From positions 106,042,103 through 106,106,102 of the forward strand of contig NC_068985.1 of assembly GCF_001194135.2 (NCBI RefSeq): DNA of 64,000 nucleotides, written 5' to 3'. Below, one piece after another: positions 61,654 to 64,000 of the stretch (position 1 is the first letter of the stretch; the number at the start of each line of letters is the position of its first letter). The translations under genes and the position numbers were made by a program. The stretch is from Octopus bimaculoides (Eukaryota). Below the pieces are notes generated by a model. That model searched no databases. It saw only the letters and a program-made list of their open reading frames with translations, and was not told the origin of the DNA.

Positions 61654-63739
61654 GCAACACAACACATTGATCAAAAACATATTAGTTGAAAAGAAATTTG
61701 TTGATAGCATATTGGCCAAAAGACAAATTAGTGAAAAACATGCTCACATAAAGATAAATCAATTGAAAGTTGAATTGATTGAAAACCTATTAGTTGACAT
61801 CGAATACATCAAAAGACATATTTGTAGAAAAGCAGAGAAATGCTTTGAAACTTAACGTTGATTAATTTTCTTTTTTTTTTTTCATAGTTTTCACTAACTT
61901 ATTTTTGTTTTGAAATAAATTATTTAAAAAATATTTCCAGTTTATTTTCTGTTTACATATGTGTGTGTTACGTGTAGTGTCTAACAATAAATATTTTAAA
62001 TGTTCTAACTTTTTTTACTGGTGGAAAAGCTTAGGTGTCATTCATAAACAAGAATGATTTGGTAGATTGTACCATGCTTTTGCTAATTGTTTTAGGGGCC
62101 TATGAAACTGAGCAGACGTAGACACTGTGTCGGCCCTCTCGTTCTTGACCTAATAAAACATCAAGTATGTAACAATTGGGTGTGAGAAGGAGGGCTGCAC
62201 GGGTTATTGGTTTGTACTTACTTTCAGCTGACTACACTAGAGCAACATGAAGTAATATGTGTTACTCAAGGACACAATGGGCCACTTAGGGATCAAACCC
62301 ACAACCATATGAATCGGAGTCTGATGTCCTAACCACTAGATCATATTGCTTTACAGTATGAAGGTGCATTGCCTTGTCTGACAGTGCTTGGCCTACTAGT
62401 TAGGGTGTTGAGCTAATAATCATAAAGTCATGGGTTCAATTTCTGAACTGAGTGGCACACTGTGTTAGTTCATGTTTTCACCTGACTGGTGCAATTGTGC
62501 CAATCAGGTGAAAATAGGAGCCAAACAACTGCAGTCTTCTCTCTCCCATGTTGTCACAGTCTCAGATGTTTTACTGAGTCAAAAGTGGTAAGCTTGAGAG
62601 AATGCCTGTGTCTGTGTGAGCTTACATAGGCACCTAAAACAACTTGTGAAAGTATGGTACAAGCTACCAGATCTCTCTTGCTCATGTGTGGAAGCTAAGC
62701 CTTTACTGGTAATAACAATAATGTTTTCTGGTAGAGGCACATGATCACAACATTTATGGTTGTAGTATACTTGATTATATCATCTTCATAGTCATAATTA
62801 TCATTGTTTTAACGTCCATTTTTCCATGCATACATGGGTTGAACAGAATTCTTGTTGAGGCAGATTTTCTGCAGCCAGATGCCCTTCTTGTTGCTAACTC
62901 TCCCCTGTTTCCAAGCAAAGTAATATTTCCTCATTGCCAGATGTTTTTGTCAAATATCAGGGATGAATGACACTGCTTGTATGACAGTGACATTCATTTA
63001 CAGTTATCACACAATGGCAAGACAAGGAGACATAAACAAGCACATGCTTATGCACACATAACGCACGTGCATGTGTGTGTGTGTGTGTGTGTGTGTGGCA
63101 GGTTTCATTCAATTTCTGTCTACCAAATCCACTCACAAGATATTTGTATTTATTTTCTTGACCCATGAGAGTTGACAAAGTTGACAAAAGCAGGGTTTGA
63201 TCAAATCACAGAAACTAATGGAAAGTAATTAATTTCCACAGACTAATTTGTTCATGTTGTGTGAATTGATGTCCACGTCACTCGTCACCTTAGTAGTAAT
63301 TATTTCTAACACAGGTACACAAGAGACAATTCAGTGGACTCTCTAGTGCTTGACTGATATGTAAGCAATTGACCTAATTAATTATTGCGTGTCAGCATAT
63401 CTTTCTGACAGACACTAATAATTTTGTGGTGTGAGTATTTATATTCTATGGTTATTGTATATGACTCCTTTCACCCAACACCAAATTTTGTTGATTATAT
63501 ATAGTCTATTAATTCTGATTTTAAATATGATTTATTTCTAAATTATTAAAAGCTTTATCACAGCCGATTCAAATATCAATAAATAATTGCATTATTTTAA
63601 AATAATTTTATTTGCCTGTCTTTGAAAATTTTTACAAATTTGGTGATTATTCTACATTTTCTTCAACAATATGCTTTTGATCAGTTCATCTTTGAACTAA
63701 TAAATATACTTTTGACTAGCATTTATAAATGCATAAATA

Positions 63740-63798
<59 letters not shown>

Positions 63799-64000
63799 GG
63801 TGCAGGCATAGTAGTATGGTTATGAAATTCACTACAGACCCATGTGGTTTGGTGGGGCTTTGCTCCCAGTGTATGCTAGTGTTCTCTGCTATAGCTATGG
63901 GTTAACCAAAATGTTGTAAGTAAAATTTGATAGATGGAAACTGAAAGAAGCCTGTCATCATCATCATCATCATCATTTAATGTTGCTTTTTCTATGTTGG

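Overview
AT-rich, gap-riddled metazoan genomic DNA; the repeat families look like those of a coleoid cephalopod such as Octopus (inference, not database-checked). Host genes: (1) an alpha-arrestin (arrestin-domain-containing, ARRDC/TXNIP-like) gene on the minus strand. Four coding exons are recoverable with consistent splice phases (10656-10539, 7295-7167, 4300-4083, 2910-2728), plus a predicted TATA/Inr promoter and short non-coding first exon near 13.9 kb; the 3' exons were not found and probably lie left of the window. (2) A probable first coding exon of an unidentified plus-strand gene (32943-33420) behind a bZIP/bHLH/CCAAT motif cluster at about 31.1-31.4 kb. The rest is mostly transposon remnants (RTE, R4/Dong and CR1/L2 LINEs, Penelope-like elements, mariner, maT, hAT, several MITEs, tRNA-derived SINEs) and microsatellites. 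Most notable: (a) four minimal type I hammerhead-ribozyme motifs, two of them forming the arms of a ~400-bp palindrome so that each strand carries one; (b) a ~440-bp non-autonomous DNA element with ~125-bp TIRs, a 6-bp TSD and an internal telomeric (TTAGGG)n array, present twice, one copy just upstream of the predicted arrestin promoter; (c) repeated insertion of a young SINE at the same site of older SINEs; (d) two local inverted duplications downstream of the gene-2 exon (putative intron). No rRNA, genuine tRNA gene or CRISPR array was seen. All calls were made by eye; no searches were run.
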